Source: the human T2T-CHM13v2.0 reference genome, Homo sapiens. Taken from it: 64,000 nt of DNA. The stretch's first letter is position 1, and the number at the start of each line of letters is the position of its first letter. The notes under the pieces were generated by a model, which was given only the letters and a program-made list of their open reading frames with translations, was not told the origin of the DNA and did no database searches. The DNA is taken from NCBI RefSeq assembly GCF_009914755.1, contig NC_060947.1; one strand, 5' to 3'. Shown here piece by piece: positions 39,370 through 52,781 of the stretch. The translations under genes were made by a program, and so were the position numbers.

Positions 39370-39945
39370 AAACTTTCTATTTTGGAATAATATTAGATTT
39401 ATAGAAAAGTTCAAAGATAGCAGAGAGTTCCAGTACACCCCTAACCCCATCACCTGGTTTTACTAATGTTAACATCTTATGTAACTATTGTACATTCATC
39501 AAAACTAGCAAATTAACATTGGTAGATACTATTAACAAAACTCCATATTTTGTTCAGATTTCACCAGTTTTTTTTTTTTTTTTTTTTAAGAGACATGCCA
39601 GTACATTGCCCAGGCTGGTCTCAAACACCTGGCCTCAAGTGATATTCCTGTCTCAACCTCCTGAATTGCCAGGATTACAGGTGCAAGCCACTGTGCTTGG
39701 CAGATTTTACCAGTTTTTATACTAATGCCCTTTTTCTGTTCCAGAATCCAAACCAGGATACCTAATCACATTTAATAAAATGCACTGAAATTTGTTTTTG
39801 ATCATGGTAAAAATACCTAACATAAAATTGGTCCTTTTAGCCATTTTTAAGTATACAGTTCTGTGGCATTAAGTACATTTACACTGTTGTACAACCGTCT
39901 CCACCATCCATTGCCAGATCTTTTTCATTTACTCCAACTGAAACT
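39370..39945 (-). mobile_element. L1MC/L1MB 3'-end fragments
   Basis: tattttggaataatattagatttatagaaaagtt; ccatttttaagtatacagttctgtggcattaagtacatttacactgttgt. Confidence 0.75.
39568..39701 (-). mobile_element. FLAM/Alu monomer inserted into L1 with TSD
   Basis: Poly-T + ttgcccaggctggtctcaaac...ggattacaggtgcaagccactgtgcttggc; TSD cagatttcaccag / cagattttaccag. Confidence 0.85.
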
Positions 39946-40574
39946 AGTAAAATAAATTTTCACAACAACAAAGAAAACCTGTAGTCCAGAGTAGCTGGAG
40001 CCCAGAGAAACACCACCGCACAATTAACTACTAAGCTGTAACAAGACCAGACAGAATATGTAGAAAACATCTAGATTGAGTTAGTGGTAAACCCTCTTAA
40101 TAAATAAATATTTGGCAATAATAAGCTAAGCAACCTATTTGAGTGAAATCTATAGCCTGAACAAGAAGCTGCAAATAAATGGTTTTTAGAAGACACAATT
40201 CTGTGAAAACAATCCAAAAGTAAACAAATCACCAGGAAGAACAAGAGGACTATACTCCTGTTTTCAGAAGAGAACCTAAAAGTGGTCGCTTGACTCACTC
40301 CCTGGCAGTTACCTAGCAATGTGCATGGCACCTGAGTGAGTGATGAGACTTACCCAGTCTGGATGTCTTCGGTGGCCCTCTCAAACTCACCAGTGCACCA
40401 CCTCATGTATTCTGTACCATTAAGCAACTGTTGGAAGACTGCACAGTCAAGCACCTTGTTCTGAGAACAATCCCATAGCATATAAAAAGCTCACATAGCT
40501 ACTGTTGCAAGTATTTGGCAAAATAAAGAAAGAAGAAGACTCTCTAGATTAGAAACATGCTAGATACTCTCAAT

Positions 40575-41285
40575 CAGTTCTTCTCAGCTGTCCTGTGTCT
40601 ACAAATCGCTTAGGAATCCTGTTAAAAAAAAAGGTTCTGATTCAGCGGGAGGCTCAAGGTTCTGCTTTTCTAACAAGCTCCCAGGTGATGTTGATGCTGC
40701 TGAAGCGACTTCACATTGAACAGCAAGGATATAAAATAGTAGTTCTTAACTTGGCTGCATATTGGAATCACCTAGGAGATTTGGGTCCCATTTCCAGACA
40801 GTCTGATTTAATTAATTATTTTAGGGTATGTTATGAACTGAATTGTGTTCCCTTCAAATTCATATGTTGAAGCCCCCCTCCCCCATGTGACTGTATTGGA
40901 GATGAGGCCTTTAAGGAGGTGATTAAGGTTAAGTGAGGTCATAAGAGTGGCACCTTGATCCAATAGAACTGGTGCCCTTATAAGGAGAGGAAGAGATACC
41001 AGAGTTCTCTCTTGCCATGTGAGGACACAGCATAAAACCAGGCCACCCCATAAAACCAGGAAGAGAGACCTCACCAGAACCTGACCACACTGGCACCCTG
41101 ATCTTGGACTTCCAGCTTCTAGAATTGTGAGAAAATAAATTTCTGTTGTTTAAGCCACCTAGTCTATGGAATTTTGTTATGGCAGTTCAATCTGACTAAG
41201 ATAAGGCATGGCCTGGACATTGGGGATTTTAAAAGCTCTTAAGGTGATTCTAATGTGCAGCTAAGGTTTGGGAACCTCTGCTCTA
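40575..41285. mobile_element. MER5A plus MER5B, the latter split by an MLT1A LTR
   Basis: ttctaacaagctcccaggtgatg; gttcttaacttggctgcatattggaatcacct ... aggtgattctaatgtgcagctaaggtttgggaacctctg. Confidence 0.75.
40829..41203 (+). mobile_element. MLT1A/MLT1A0 MaLR solo LTR
   Basis: tgttatgaactgaattgtgttccc...aaataaatttctgttgtttaagccacctagtctatgg...ctgactaagata. Confidence 0.9.
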
Positions 41286-41316
41286 AATAGTAGTTGAACT
41301 GAATGCAATGTCAAAG

Positions 41317-41366
41317 ATGCATCACTCACATACCCATGCATCACTCACATACCCATGCATCACTCA
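41317..41366. repeat. 19-bp tandem repeat, 2.6 copies (atgcatcactcacataccc)
   Basis: Direct reading; copies identical. Confidence 0.95.
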
Positions 41367-43942
41367 TACACAAAAGCTACAGAATATGCTTGGAGAAACA
41401 TCAACCCAATTCACCAGTTAATTACAGGATAGACATGAACACCCTCCTACACAAACAACTTAGTCATATTCATCAAGGACATCAGTGGCTTCCCCAAAAC
41501 CTGGGAGAGCTTATGTGATGTTTATAAAAGGACAGCGGTCACATTTTCTCTTTTAGTTCTCTTCAGGAGAAACACTGTGGACAATGTTATTATTTGTATT
41601 TTCTTAACCAAGACATATGATCCTTTTTTCTGAGTGGGCATATGGAAAATCCTGTGAAGAATAACCCTTCAGGTATGTTCACCAATTTTTTTTTTTTTTT
41701 TGCTTAATTCACAGGAGAATGATAAGAGAGCTATCACTCTTCTCTGATCACACCAAGCAAGGCTGGGCTGCCATAACATGTTATTTAGTGTTCACTTCTA
41801 AGCAGCATTCTCAGAGCTGGAGTTCTTGAAATCAACATTGAATTCCATCAGAAAAGAATATATCTACCTTGAAAGACTTTTATAGCAAAATCAAAGGATT
41901 AGGGCGAAAACCCATAGTCTTTTTTTGGTCATCTACTGTGTGCTATTGGCCACTAATCACAAAAACATTCTACTGTGAGCTCAGTTTACTTAGGCTCTGC
42001 TTCTTCTTGGCTGACCAATAATGCTGCAATTCCTCACGTCTTAGGATCAGGGCACCTAGAAACACACACCTAAGCATTTGACCTGCTAACCAACTGAACT
42101 ACAGCGTTGCCCCTCATCATGGAACTTTCACTGGGTTGCTGTAAAGATTAAGTCTGAATCTTCAATGGAAAAGGGCTTTAGAAAAGGATTCAGTACTTCG
42201 TGAACAAGACCATAGCATGATGATTAGGTCATGAGAATGTTTGAGGGTGCTGAAATGGTTGGAATGAGTAAGCTTCAGGTTGGTTCAACTGTCCTAACCA
42301 CCACTTCTTTCCCAGATGCAGATAATCAAGAAATGATCATGAAAATATCTAACAATTTCCTAAGGTTCACTCTTTCGCTTGTTAGCCCCAGGGACTCATC
42401 CAAAAAAGAGCCAGATCAGGTGGCCACAGGGCTAGGCTTGACCCAAGGAAAAGAGATTTCTCTTTTCAGACACCATTCAGATGTTCCCTTACATTAGCAG
42501 AGACTAAAAAGATATTCCTGAGGGACAAGTCATGTGCTACAAAAGGCAGGCCTTCACAAATTCTCTTGCAAACAACAACTTGGCAGAAGTAGGGTTTTCT
42601 GCTTTAACTGGTGAGAGAAGTTTGCTGGGGGTAAAATCACAGAGGAAAACACTTCATCAGTACATGTGACAAGACAAACGTCTTTCATGAACTTTCCCAC
42701 CTAGTTTAAAAGACTATTTTAACAGAAGGGTGCGTGCATGTGTGCACACAAACAAAAAGGTCAGTCCGATAACATTCCCAATGCCTTTATCCAAGAAGTC
42801 TTCTTCACCACTCTGCAGTTTGATCCTCCTTCCCTTCAGATGCTTCCAACAGAAGGCTCACTGCTGTGAGATATTTTTGTCACTAATTAGCTCAATTAAA
42901 TGGTGCACTGAGCAGAGGGAGCACCATGTTATTGTCAGCATTTACAGGAATCACATGGAAGGAACTCTGGGTCTAGTAGGTAAGGCTGAAAAGCTAAATA
43001 TGCTTAAACCTCCTCCCACGTACTCCCCCAAAGCTGTGACGTATTGGCAAGTATCTTAGCATTTAGCAAAGCAAAAGCTCGAGATTGCTAAGCCTGGAGT
43101 GAAAGTGGTAATCTGCCCCAGCCACACTGAGACGATGGAGGATTGCCTATCAAATAAACTTTTGTGGTCATCTGCACTTGAGCCACCTCGAAAGAGGGTA
43201 CAGACTCCATATTTCGATATGCAGGTGGCAGCAGTGAGCAAGCCTTACACCCTGTCCTCAAAGGGTGCATATTTTAGCAGAGGAAACAATGACTTTGGCT
43301 ACTGTCAGTCTGGATCCAGTGTAGGTCCCAGTGATCTGGAAGAAGGAATTCAAGCTCTACGGCCTAATATAGTTCTGAGATGCAACTCAAATGAATTCTG
43401 AATTTCTTAGCAAGCAAAAAGCTGGCAGATGATCTGAGAATTGATAGGTTAGTGTACCCTTTTGACAGAGGCTTAAACCAACATTTCAATAGACTGTATA
43501 GAAGTGGCCAAGAGGGAGATAAATGTGTCAGAACCAAGCTACTGATATCTCTATTCCTTTTTCCTCTCACTTTCCATGGCCCTGATTACTTGGGTTCCTC
43601 TGAACTACTGGGGGAAAATGATTCTTTTCTCCAGTATCTCAAAAGAGGCCTGGGACTGCTAATTGCTCCATCTCCATTTTCTTTATCTCTTTCATGTATG
43701 ATAGAGTCAGATTTGGGTTGGAATTTCAGTGATTTTACTTACTATCTGTGTGATCTTGGGCAGATAACCTGTCTGTGTCTGTTTTATTATCTTCAATATG
43801 CGATTAACAATAGCATCTACTTGGGAGGGTTATTATAAGGATTACATGAGATAATCCATTTATATCAGTTAAAGTTCTTGGCTGCAAGCAACAGAAGTCA
43901 ACTCTGAATATATTAAGCCAAAAATGGATTTACTGGAAAGAG

Positions 43943-44154
43943 CAGGAGTGGTCAAACTTTATCTGCTAAGAGTCCAATAGTAAATATTATAGGCTTTGTG
44001 GACAATACTGTCTCTGTTACAGCTACTTAACTCTATCATTGTAGCACAAAAGCAGCCAGAGGCAATAAGTAAACAAATGGATGTGGCTGTGTTCTAACAA
44101 AACTTTATTTAGAAAAAGAGGTGATGGGTCAGATTTATGGTTTGCCAATCTATG
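43943..44154. mobile_element. MER58A hAT-Charlie MITE
   Basis: agtaaatattataggctttgtggac...tgtagcacaaaagcagcc...ggctgtgttctaacaaaactttattta. Confidence 0.85.
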
Positions 44155-44709
44155 ATATAGACTTCCAGAACAGATGAAAAGGTGAAGGAGACTTTTGAAG
44201 CTACATAGCAGGAACAATCTGGCCAGGGTATCATAATCGCAGCCGCTGACTACTACTGTGATTGAACTCTGGCTCATGATCTTAGCTTCAGTTGCTCCAC
44301 AGAGAAAGTGTCCTATTAGTCCAGCCTAGGACCTATGACCACTTCCTATCTACACAGGGACAGGAAGGGGGGTATCTGAACTCCTTTGGCTTCCGCAGTG
44401 AGAGGTGGGCCCCAACTCACATCAAGACTCATACAATGAGGGATTCTTTTCAACTAGCAAAGGCATTTTCCTGCTGAGTGATTAAAAAATGACAAATATT
44501 CACTATACCTCATAAAGTTCTTGACATAGGGCCTTGCATATGGAAAACTCTTGGTGATAATGATGATGACGCTTATTAATATTAGAGCACTAGTACAATG
44601 CCTGATCCATGTGGACACTCGATAGGTTCTAGTCTGTTCCTCTGTTCCTCCCTTTTCCCCTTTCCCTTGTGGACTTTCCCACAACTCACCTCTCACCCCT
44701 CACTATTGA

Positions 44710-44950
44710 GAGGCAGCATGGCACAGTGCTCACAGGCATAGATTCTGGAGACTGCTCAGGTTTGAATCCTTACTCTGATCCTTCCTAGCCTGTGACCTTG
44801 GGCAAGCTGCTTTATCTCTGTTTCCTGTTTATAAAATGGAACGATGTTAATAAGAGCACTTGTTTCCAGAGATGATAATGAGGATTAACAGCATCAATTG
44901 ATATAAAGCACTTAGAACAACGCCTAGTGCATAAGTGTTTACTATTTTTA
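44710..44950 (+). mobile_element. MIR SINE
   Basis: ggtttgaatccttactctg...tgtgaccttgggcaag...taaaatgg...taaagcacttagaaca. Confidence 0.8.
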
Positions 44951-45449
44951 TTCTCTCTCTTCTCATAACCTTTCTACTCTCACCATATCAACACCCCAAT
45001 CTGTGTCTCCTATCCAATTATTCTCCCTAGCTTTATCCCCACATTTCCCCCTGCCCTCAGACCATGTCTGCTGGGGTGCTGGGCTGTCATCTGAACCAGT
45101 TAATAATTACCCTTCCCCCACCACCCCCAACTTGAGGCCTCAGAGTTGCCATTGATTCTCTTCCCTCCCTTCTCCCTTCATCCACTATTGATCATTGAGA
45201 TCTGCCTATGCTTCCTTTGAAATACCATTTGTATCTGTCCTCTCTTTTCTATTTACATAGCATTTGCATTTCCGGCATGAAGTTTTGAAATAGCCTATTA
45301 ACTTGTTTCCCTGCTTCTACTTTTTGTCCACCTGCCCCCCACTGCCACCAATTCATTTTGCACACTACCAGATTCAACTTCCTAAAAGATTAAAGAGTAT
45401 GTACCACTAAGCTACTCAAAAGCCTTCTGTGCCTTTCTCCACCCAGAGA

Positions 45450-45880
45450 AACTTAAACTGGGGTATAAGAATGGGCTTCAGGAGGTCCATAGCCCACTCC
45501 TTTCCTTGAAATTAACTATATGAAGAAAATGTTAAGCATCTGTGCATACATTTCTGAGGAGAGGAGAGGATATGTAGCTTCCATCAGATTCTTAAAGGGG
45601 TCTGTGGTCCCCAAAATGTTTAACAGATGCTCTAAAGCAGTGGTATCCAGAGTAGGGGTACAGATACCCCAGGGAGAGTACAAGATGGTTTTCTGGGGTA
45701 TGAGAAGAAACTATCAGAACTATTTTGTTCATTGTATTACATCATCCTGTATGATTTTGTGTATGTTTTATAATGTACTAATATATTAGTATAAGTATAC
45801 AGTATATGAATATACATATATTGAGGGTGTGCTATTTTTCTTATATGTGTGTATGATCAAAAAGGTTTTGAGGATACTGC
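45450..45880. mobile_element. Two adjacent old hAT-Charlie-type remnants
   Basis: catcagattcttaaaggggtctgtgg; cagtggtatccagagtagggg...gaggatactg termini. Confidence 0.45.
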
Positions 45881-46278
45881 TACAAAAGATCAAATAAATA
45901 TTCCTTTGCACTTCACTCTGTGGTCTGAAGCTATTTTTTCTACCCTTACTCTTTCATGTGAACTTCCACATATATAATGGGCTCATTCCCACCTGTGGAC
46001 TTTGGTTTATGTGCTTCTCTTTGCACAGACTGCCCTCTCCCTTCTTCTCTGCATATTAAAATGATATCTGTTTTTCAAGGCTCGAGGAAAAATCTCACCT
46101 CCACCAAGAAGCTGGTTCTGACTGATCCACCTGCTACACCACTACAAAACTCTCTGTCTAACACTCATTGTATTACCTAAGCAGATGGTTCTTAGATATA
46201 TATGTTACATGTTTTATTATTGACATATCTTCCACAACTAGAAAGCAAGCTCATTAAAAGAAGACATAACCTCTATAG

Positions 46279-46806
46279 CAGGGGTTCCCAACCCTGGGGC
46301 CACAGACTGGTATCAGTCTGTGGCCTGTTAGGAACTGAGCTGCACAGTGAGAGGTGAGCAGAGGGTGAGTAAGTGAAGCTTCATCTGTATTTACAGCAGC
46401 TTCCCATCACAGGAATTATCACCTGAGCTCCACCTCCTGTCAGATCAGCAGCAGCATTAGATTCTCATAGGAGCGCAAACACTACTGTGAACTGCACATG
46501 CAAGGGGTCTAGGTTGCATGCTCCTTGTGAGAATCTAATGCCTGATGATCTGTCACTGTCTCTTACCACCCCCACATGGGACCATCTAGTTGCAGGAAAA
46601 GCAGCTCAGGACTCTCACTGATTCTACATTATGGTAAGTTGTGTAATTATTTCATTATATATTACAATGTAATAATAATAATAGAAATAAAGCACACAAT
46701 AAATGTAATGCACTCATATCATCCCGAAACCACCCCACCCCTGGTCTGTGGTAAAATTGTCTTCCATGAAACCAGTCCCTGGTGCCAAAAAGGTTGGAGA
46801 CTGCTG
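46279..46806. mobile_element. MER1A (hAT-Charlie), full length with perfect 8-bp TSD
   Basis: caggggttcccaaccc...ggtgccaaaaaggttggagactgctg; CTCTATAG at 46271-46278 and 46807-46814. Confidence 0.95.
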
Positions 46807-49411
46807 CTCTATAGGACCTAGTACAGTGCTGGAACAAGTGTTTAGTAGAGACTTCCTGAATAAACTGCTTGGGATACAACAGGATATAGAGTCCTCTCAT
46901 ATTTCTACTAATTATAAGGCTATTGACTGGCAAATGAGGAAACTCATATGAAGCAGGGAATCTTTAGTTATTGCTGATGATCTAGAAACCAGGTGTCAAA
47001 GAGTAAAAAGCCTGAGCAAACACAATCCTGTCCAGCCATCCCAGAAAGCTTTATACTTCTAGTCCATTTCCCCAGGGGTTCCAATTTTTGCTGAGACTAA
47101 TTTATTAAATGTATTTGAGGGGTAAAGCATTAATGACTGATAATGTATTTAATGAGTGTCCCAATCTCAGATAATGACAGCACTCAGATATCTTCATAGG
47201 GGTGAAGAATGATTGTCAGGAATAGCTGGGGAGGTCTGCACTTGGGGTTTCCTCATGTCCTTCACATCCACCCCAAAAATGAATAGGGAGAAAAGGAAAA
47301 ATGGAGGAGCATCAGGATTTTTTTTAACCACACAAAGAGGTGAAATGTCTGTCCGAGGTAAGAGTAAGCACTAGAGCCTCTGTTCTCTCCATTCCTCTCC
47401 AGCGCTATCTGCCTTCCACAACATCCACTTCCTCCCTTTCAGGAGTCTGCAGTTGTATAATATACAATCCATGATTAAAATGTCTTCCATTGCAAAGTTC
47501 AAGGTAGGTTGCAGTGAAGTGACATGAGGGACACGGAGCTTGAAATACTTCAAAATCCAAATAACTAATCTGAAGCTGGATTTATTGCAATGGGTCAACC
47601 CCCCTCAGGCTGTGGAACTGTGCAAACGAAACTCCAGGAACACAGAATGGCATCCAAGTCCCATCTCTGTTCAGCAGGAAGTCTGGAGGATCAGAGAAAG
47701 CAAAACAGCTGGCCAAGTTGGGAAACTATAAATTTCTAAACAATTTCCAATTTGCTTTAATGTAGCTGTTCTCTATAGAGTACTGCCTTTTACTTCAAGT
47801 CTTTCTGGTGGTAGTAAAGGAGCTCTGAAAGCTGGAGGCAAAGATTAAGACCCCCAACAAGTTTCTGAGAAGGGGCCGAGTGAGAAAACGTTTCTCGGTG
47901 TTTAAAACTTCCCTCCACTACAAAGTGGCGAATGAGCATCGGGCAAACATCCTGAGATGAACTCTTTATTTATCTCAATTCCTCTTGGCCAAAGTCTATG
48001 AAATAATTAATTCTAGCCCCCTTGTCATCACTTAGATGATCTAGAGAAGTTCATGGACATTGATGACAAGGCTGTCAACCTCTCCCTAAAGCACCATTCC
48101 TTTGTGTGCATAGGCTCCCCTTCAAATCTGCTCAATCTCGGGAGGACAGGGCCCTTTGTCTCGAAAATCCCTCCCTCCACAATACAATCAAGGCTTAAGT
48201 GACTCCCTGGGCCTGTAGAACCAGTCACAATGCCCCATGCTTCCTGCCCTGAGAGCCCAGAATTCTGAGAGCCCAGAATTCATGACCGTGCAGATAAATG
48301 AATTATACACTTGGCCAGAGATTAAGCCTGGTCCTTTGTACAGCAACCTCTGAGGTCTGGGGGAAGATTTGACCTGTCAGGATCTGTGTTCATTCTGCCT
48401 TGATGAGAGGCAGAGCAAAGCAGTCCTGGCTGTACAATCCCACACCCTGGGGTGTGATAATCAGCAAATTGCAGACAAGGAATTGGCTATTGCCTGATTC
48501 TCATTGTCCGGGGCCTAGGCTGAACTGTTCAGTGGCTGGCAGGCTGTTTTTTTGACTCCAGATGGTGAACCCATCTCTTGCCAGGCAAACCAAGAAATAA
48601 GAGCCTTCTGAGCTGAGGTGCTAGCCAGAAACGGGTCACAGGGGAGTTTCAAGGGGCCAAATGCACAGAGCTAAGTCTAACTCAGGATTCCACATGCGGA
48701 CTGAGGCAGGAGGGAAACTTGAGTCTGAACTTTGTTTCCTTGGCTTTAAACCCAAAGATTTAGATATAGATGGGAGAATGAAAACATCTTTTGAACAGGA
48801 AAAACACAAAAATTGCTATCAATCAAACTGATTCCCTAATATGTCAATCAAACTGATTCCCTAATGTATCAACCAAGTAGCCTGCAAATGTGAGTCATTT
48901 GAAACCAAACATCATCAGATTTCCAGAGACCTTTGCAAGCCAGATGTGAGCTGTCTGTTGTCTGATTGTCTTGGCTAACTCCTTCTCTCTCTCTCATGTC
49001 TCTGCCTAAATGTCTCTTCCTCAGAGAGGCCTAAACTGTTTCCCCAGTCTACATCAGATCCCCTTGTTATAATCTCTAATCGTATATGTTAACTTCTTTC
49101 ATAGTACTTATCATAATTTTAAATTATTCATATTTGCTCATCTGTTCAACAAATATTTATTATACATTTACTGCCTCTGTAGATACAACAGTGAATGAAA
49201 TAGACAAAATTCCCTACCCTTAAGTAGCTTACATTATAGGAGGAGAGACAGATAAACAAAAGTAATGTTATAGAGTAAATAAAGGCACAAACATAAATTT
49301 CCATGCCAAACATATTTTGCAACAAGTTTTATGCTGGTCAATATATATTCTACAGTGTATGGTTATGACGAATTATGTTTCTTTTTCTTTTTCTACTTGC
49401 CTTTTTTAAAA

Positions 49412-50086
49412 GTTTTGTTTTTAATTGGCACATAATAATTGTGCATATTTATGGGGTACAGTGTGATGTTTCAATCATGTATACATTATTTAATGATCAA
49501 ATTAGGGTACTTAGCATATCCATCCCCTTCAACACTTGTCATTTCTTTTTGGTAAGAGCATTCAAAATCCTTTTTTCTAGCTATTTTGAAATATACAATA
49601 CACTATTGTTAACTGTAGTCACCCTACTATGCAATAGAAGACAAGAATTTTTCCTCCTATCTAACTATAAGTTTATACCCATTGACCAACCAATGTCCTT
49701 CTCCCCTTCTCCCTACTCTCCCTAGACTCTGGTAATCACTATTTTACCCTCTACTTCTACAAGATCAACTTATTTAGATTCCATATATGAGTGAGTTCAT
49801 GTGGTATTTACCCTTCTGTGCTTGGCTTATTTCACTTAACATAATGTCCTCTAGGTTCATCCATGTTGTCACAAATAACAGAATTTCATTCTTTTTTATG
49901 GCTGAATAATATTCTGTTGTGTACATATACCACATTTTAAAAATTCATTTAACCTTTGATGAACAATTAGATTGATTCTATATGTCGGGTATTGTAAATA
50001 GTGCTGCAACAAACATGGAAGTACAGATATATCTCTTCAACATACTGATTTCATTTCCCTTACATATACACCCAGTAGTAAGATTG
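49412..50086 (-). mobile_element. L1MA (about MA5-8) 3' end
   Basis: ataataattgtgcatatttatggggtacagtgtgatg...ggcttatttcacttaacataatgtcctctaggttcatccatgttgtcacaaat. Confidence 0.9.
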
Positions 50087-50890
50087 TGATAAACAAGTCC
50101 TCCATCAAAGAAAAGCTCAGGACCTGATAGTGTCACTGCTGAGTTCTACCATTTAAAGAACTAATACCAATTCTTCTCAAACTATTCCAAATAGTTAATG
50201 GAAGGAATTCTTCCAAACTGTTCCTACAAGGCCAGCATTACCCTGATATTAAAACCAGACAATGACACAATAAAAAAGAAAACTACAGGCCAACATTCCT
50301 GATGTACATAGATGCAAAAATCCTCAGCAAAATACTAGCAAACAACATCCAACAGCACATAAAAAGATCATTCACCATGATCAAGTGGGATTCTTCCCAG
50401 GGATGCAAGGATGGTTCAACATATACAAATGAATCAATGTGATAAACCACATTAATAGAATGATGGACAAAACCATGTGATCATGTCAATAGATGCACAA
50501 AAAGCATTTGATAACATCCATTCATAAAAATAAACGTGAACAAATTAGGTATAGAAGGAATGTACCTCAACGCAGTAAAGGCCATATATGACAAACCCAC
50601 AGCTAGCATAATGCTGAATGAAAAAAAGTTGAAAGCTTTCCCTTAAAAATCTGGAACAAGACAAGGATACCCACTTGTGATTAGCACTTCTTTTCAACAT
50701 AGTACTGGAACTCCTAGTCAAAGCAATTAGGCAAGAAAAAGAAACAAAGAGCATCCAAATTGGAAAGGAGGAAGTCAAATTATCCCTATTTGCAAATGAA
50801 ATGATTTTATATAAAAAAACCATAGAGACTCCACTATGAAACTCTCAGAACTAATAAATGAATTAAGCAAAGTTGTAGGACACAAAAATC
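50087..50890 (+). mobile_element. L1 ORF2 reverse-transcriptase fragment, inverted relative to the adjacent 3' end
   Basis: Degenerate RT motifs: aactacaggcca (NYRP), gatcaagtgggattc (DQVGF), ggaacaagacaagga (GTRQG), ctatttgcaaatgaaatg (LFADDM-derived). Confidence 0.9.
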
Positions 50891-52757
50891 TATCTTTTTA
50901 AAAATTATTGTTCAGATAAATCTGATCTTAACCCATAATAACAAAGTGGTCATCAACAAAGGAAATAATCAGTTTTATAGATACTCCCACTGTCTGTTAA
51001 ATCAACAAAACATGTTCACATTACATTATGTTTATACCTTTATATATTTACCTCTCTAAATTGTGATTGTTAATATCCTGGTCTTCTTCTATCACCATGT
51101 AATGAGCTGCTTGAGGGCAGGGACTACGTCTTATTCATCTTTGTATCCATACAGCCCAGTTAGGTGTTCAAGAAATATTTGAGGGATATTTGTTGAAATG
51201 AGAATCCTAGAGCCCTGTGTAGGTACTGATACCACTTGGTGATTTGCATGTAAAAGCCCAGGAACCAAGTAAGAATAAAGGATGCATCCAGCCCAGTGGA
51301 GTCCAGGACAGGATGGAACGTATCCATAACCCCTAGTTCTTTCCTAAGTGCATATGGCACTGTCTTGATTCACAAGCCTTTGGGAATTTTATTCTAGGAT
51401 TTGTGGGTTCCTATGGCCCCCATCTGTCAGATAGCCCATTACTTTATTAAGGCATTTGTTAGAGATTACAGTGAATCTTTCATATAATGGGACCTCTTGG
51501 AGAATAGACCGTGCAAGTTTACAGAATTGTTTGGTTCACTGAGGCCTAAGGGGAAAACTTTTATTGATGAAAATCTTTCTAAACTGTCAGACACAACCTT
51601 CCTGCCTCACAAGGTACAGTCAAGTGGAGATGACAGAAAATCTTTCTTTGCTATTTGAGGACTAGCTGTGTCGCCAAGTTATTTTCCAGTAGATTATTTT
51701 CCATTGTCTGAGACTGCAGGTATAAGAGGTATAGGAGGGAGACTAAGTGACTGAGGATCCCTGGACACTACCTGGAGGCTGCTTTTTTTTTTCCTGGCTT
51801 ATATCCCTGATCTTTTCTTAGATCATTTTCCTATGGTATATGATTCCTCCTAAAAGAGGAATGCCACAAACATTCCAGATAGCAAAGGTTCTAGCCTATC
51901 AGGATTTTACTGAGCATGTCGGTGGCATACCTGTAATCCTATGGGCACACTTAATTTAAGAGAAATTACTTTCATTCTACAATCTTCTTCCATAAGGTGG
52001 CAGAAACAGGGTTTCAACAAAAGCACTTCTAGACAGTTGCAGTTGACATCAGGGAATTCTTGTAGTTCACTTTGTTTTTGTTTTTTGTTTTTTGTTTTTT
52101 TTTGGTTCACTTTGAATCAACACACTCCTAGTCCCAAACAACTTGACAGGTTGATTTGCTAAAATGCAAGTGGGAATAATGAGTTGCTGCCTAGGGAAGA
52201 AAAAGTGAAATCAATCAATTGTACATGTTAAATGCACATTAATTTGAGGCTGGAATGTCCATTTTATATGGCTCACACACTTATCTAAATCTTGCATCAA
52301 TAGATGTGGTGATACCAGTAGGCACTCTAAATATACCTACTTGTATTAGTTTTGCTTATCTTGGGGGAATTGTGTGGAATGGAATAGAGGTCAGAGGTGA
52401 GTACATGCCAGGAATGTGGTGGCTGGGGTGGAGGTATGGGAGTAGGTGAGGAGAGGAGAAGTTAGGTTTGGAGAAACCACTAGTGGAGTAAAACATTTTA
52501 TTTACTTAACCTTATCTGGGCAAATCCTAACTTCTTAACTATAGTGATCTTAAAAAAGTAACAATGGAAAATGGTGCCTCAGGGAAAAAGTGAACTCTGC
52601 CCAAGTTTTGTATAAACTCTTCTCTAGATCTGCCAGGAAAGCTTTCCAAAAGTTGGAAGCCTTAAGAAGGCTCTACCCATCTTGAGAGCAAATATACAAA
52701 GAACCCCCAGTATTAGTTTTGCTGATTGCTCAAGCCACTCTGAGTCCCACAGGGGGC

Positions 52758-52781
52758 AAAAAAAAAAAAAAAAAAAAAAAA
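52758..52781. repeat. Isolated poly(A) run of about 24 nt
   Basis: Direct reading. Confidence 0.9.

Noticed and set aside
52758-52781. Poly(A) run as the tail of a retrocopy or processed pseudogene
   Set aside because: No upstream poly(A) signal, recognisable mRNA/SINE body or convincing TSD.
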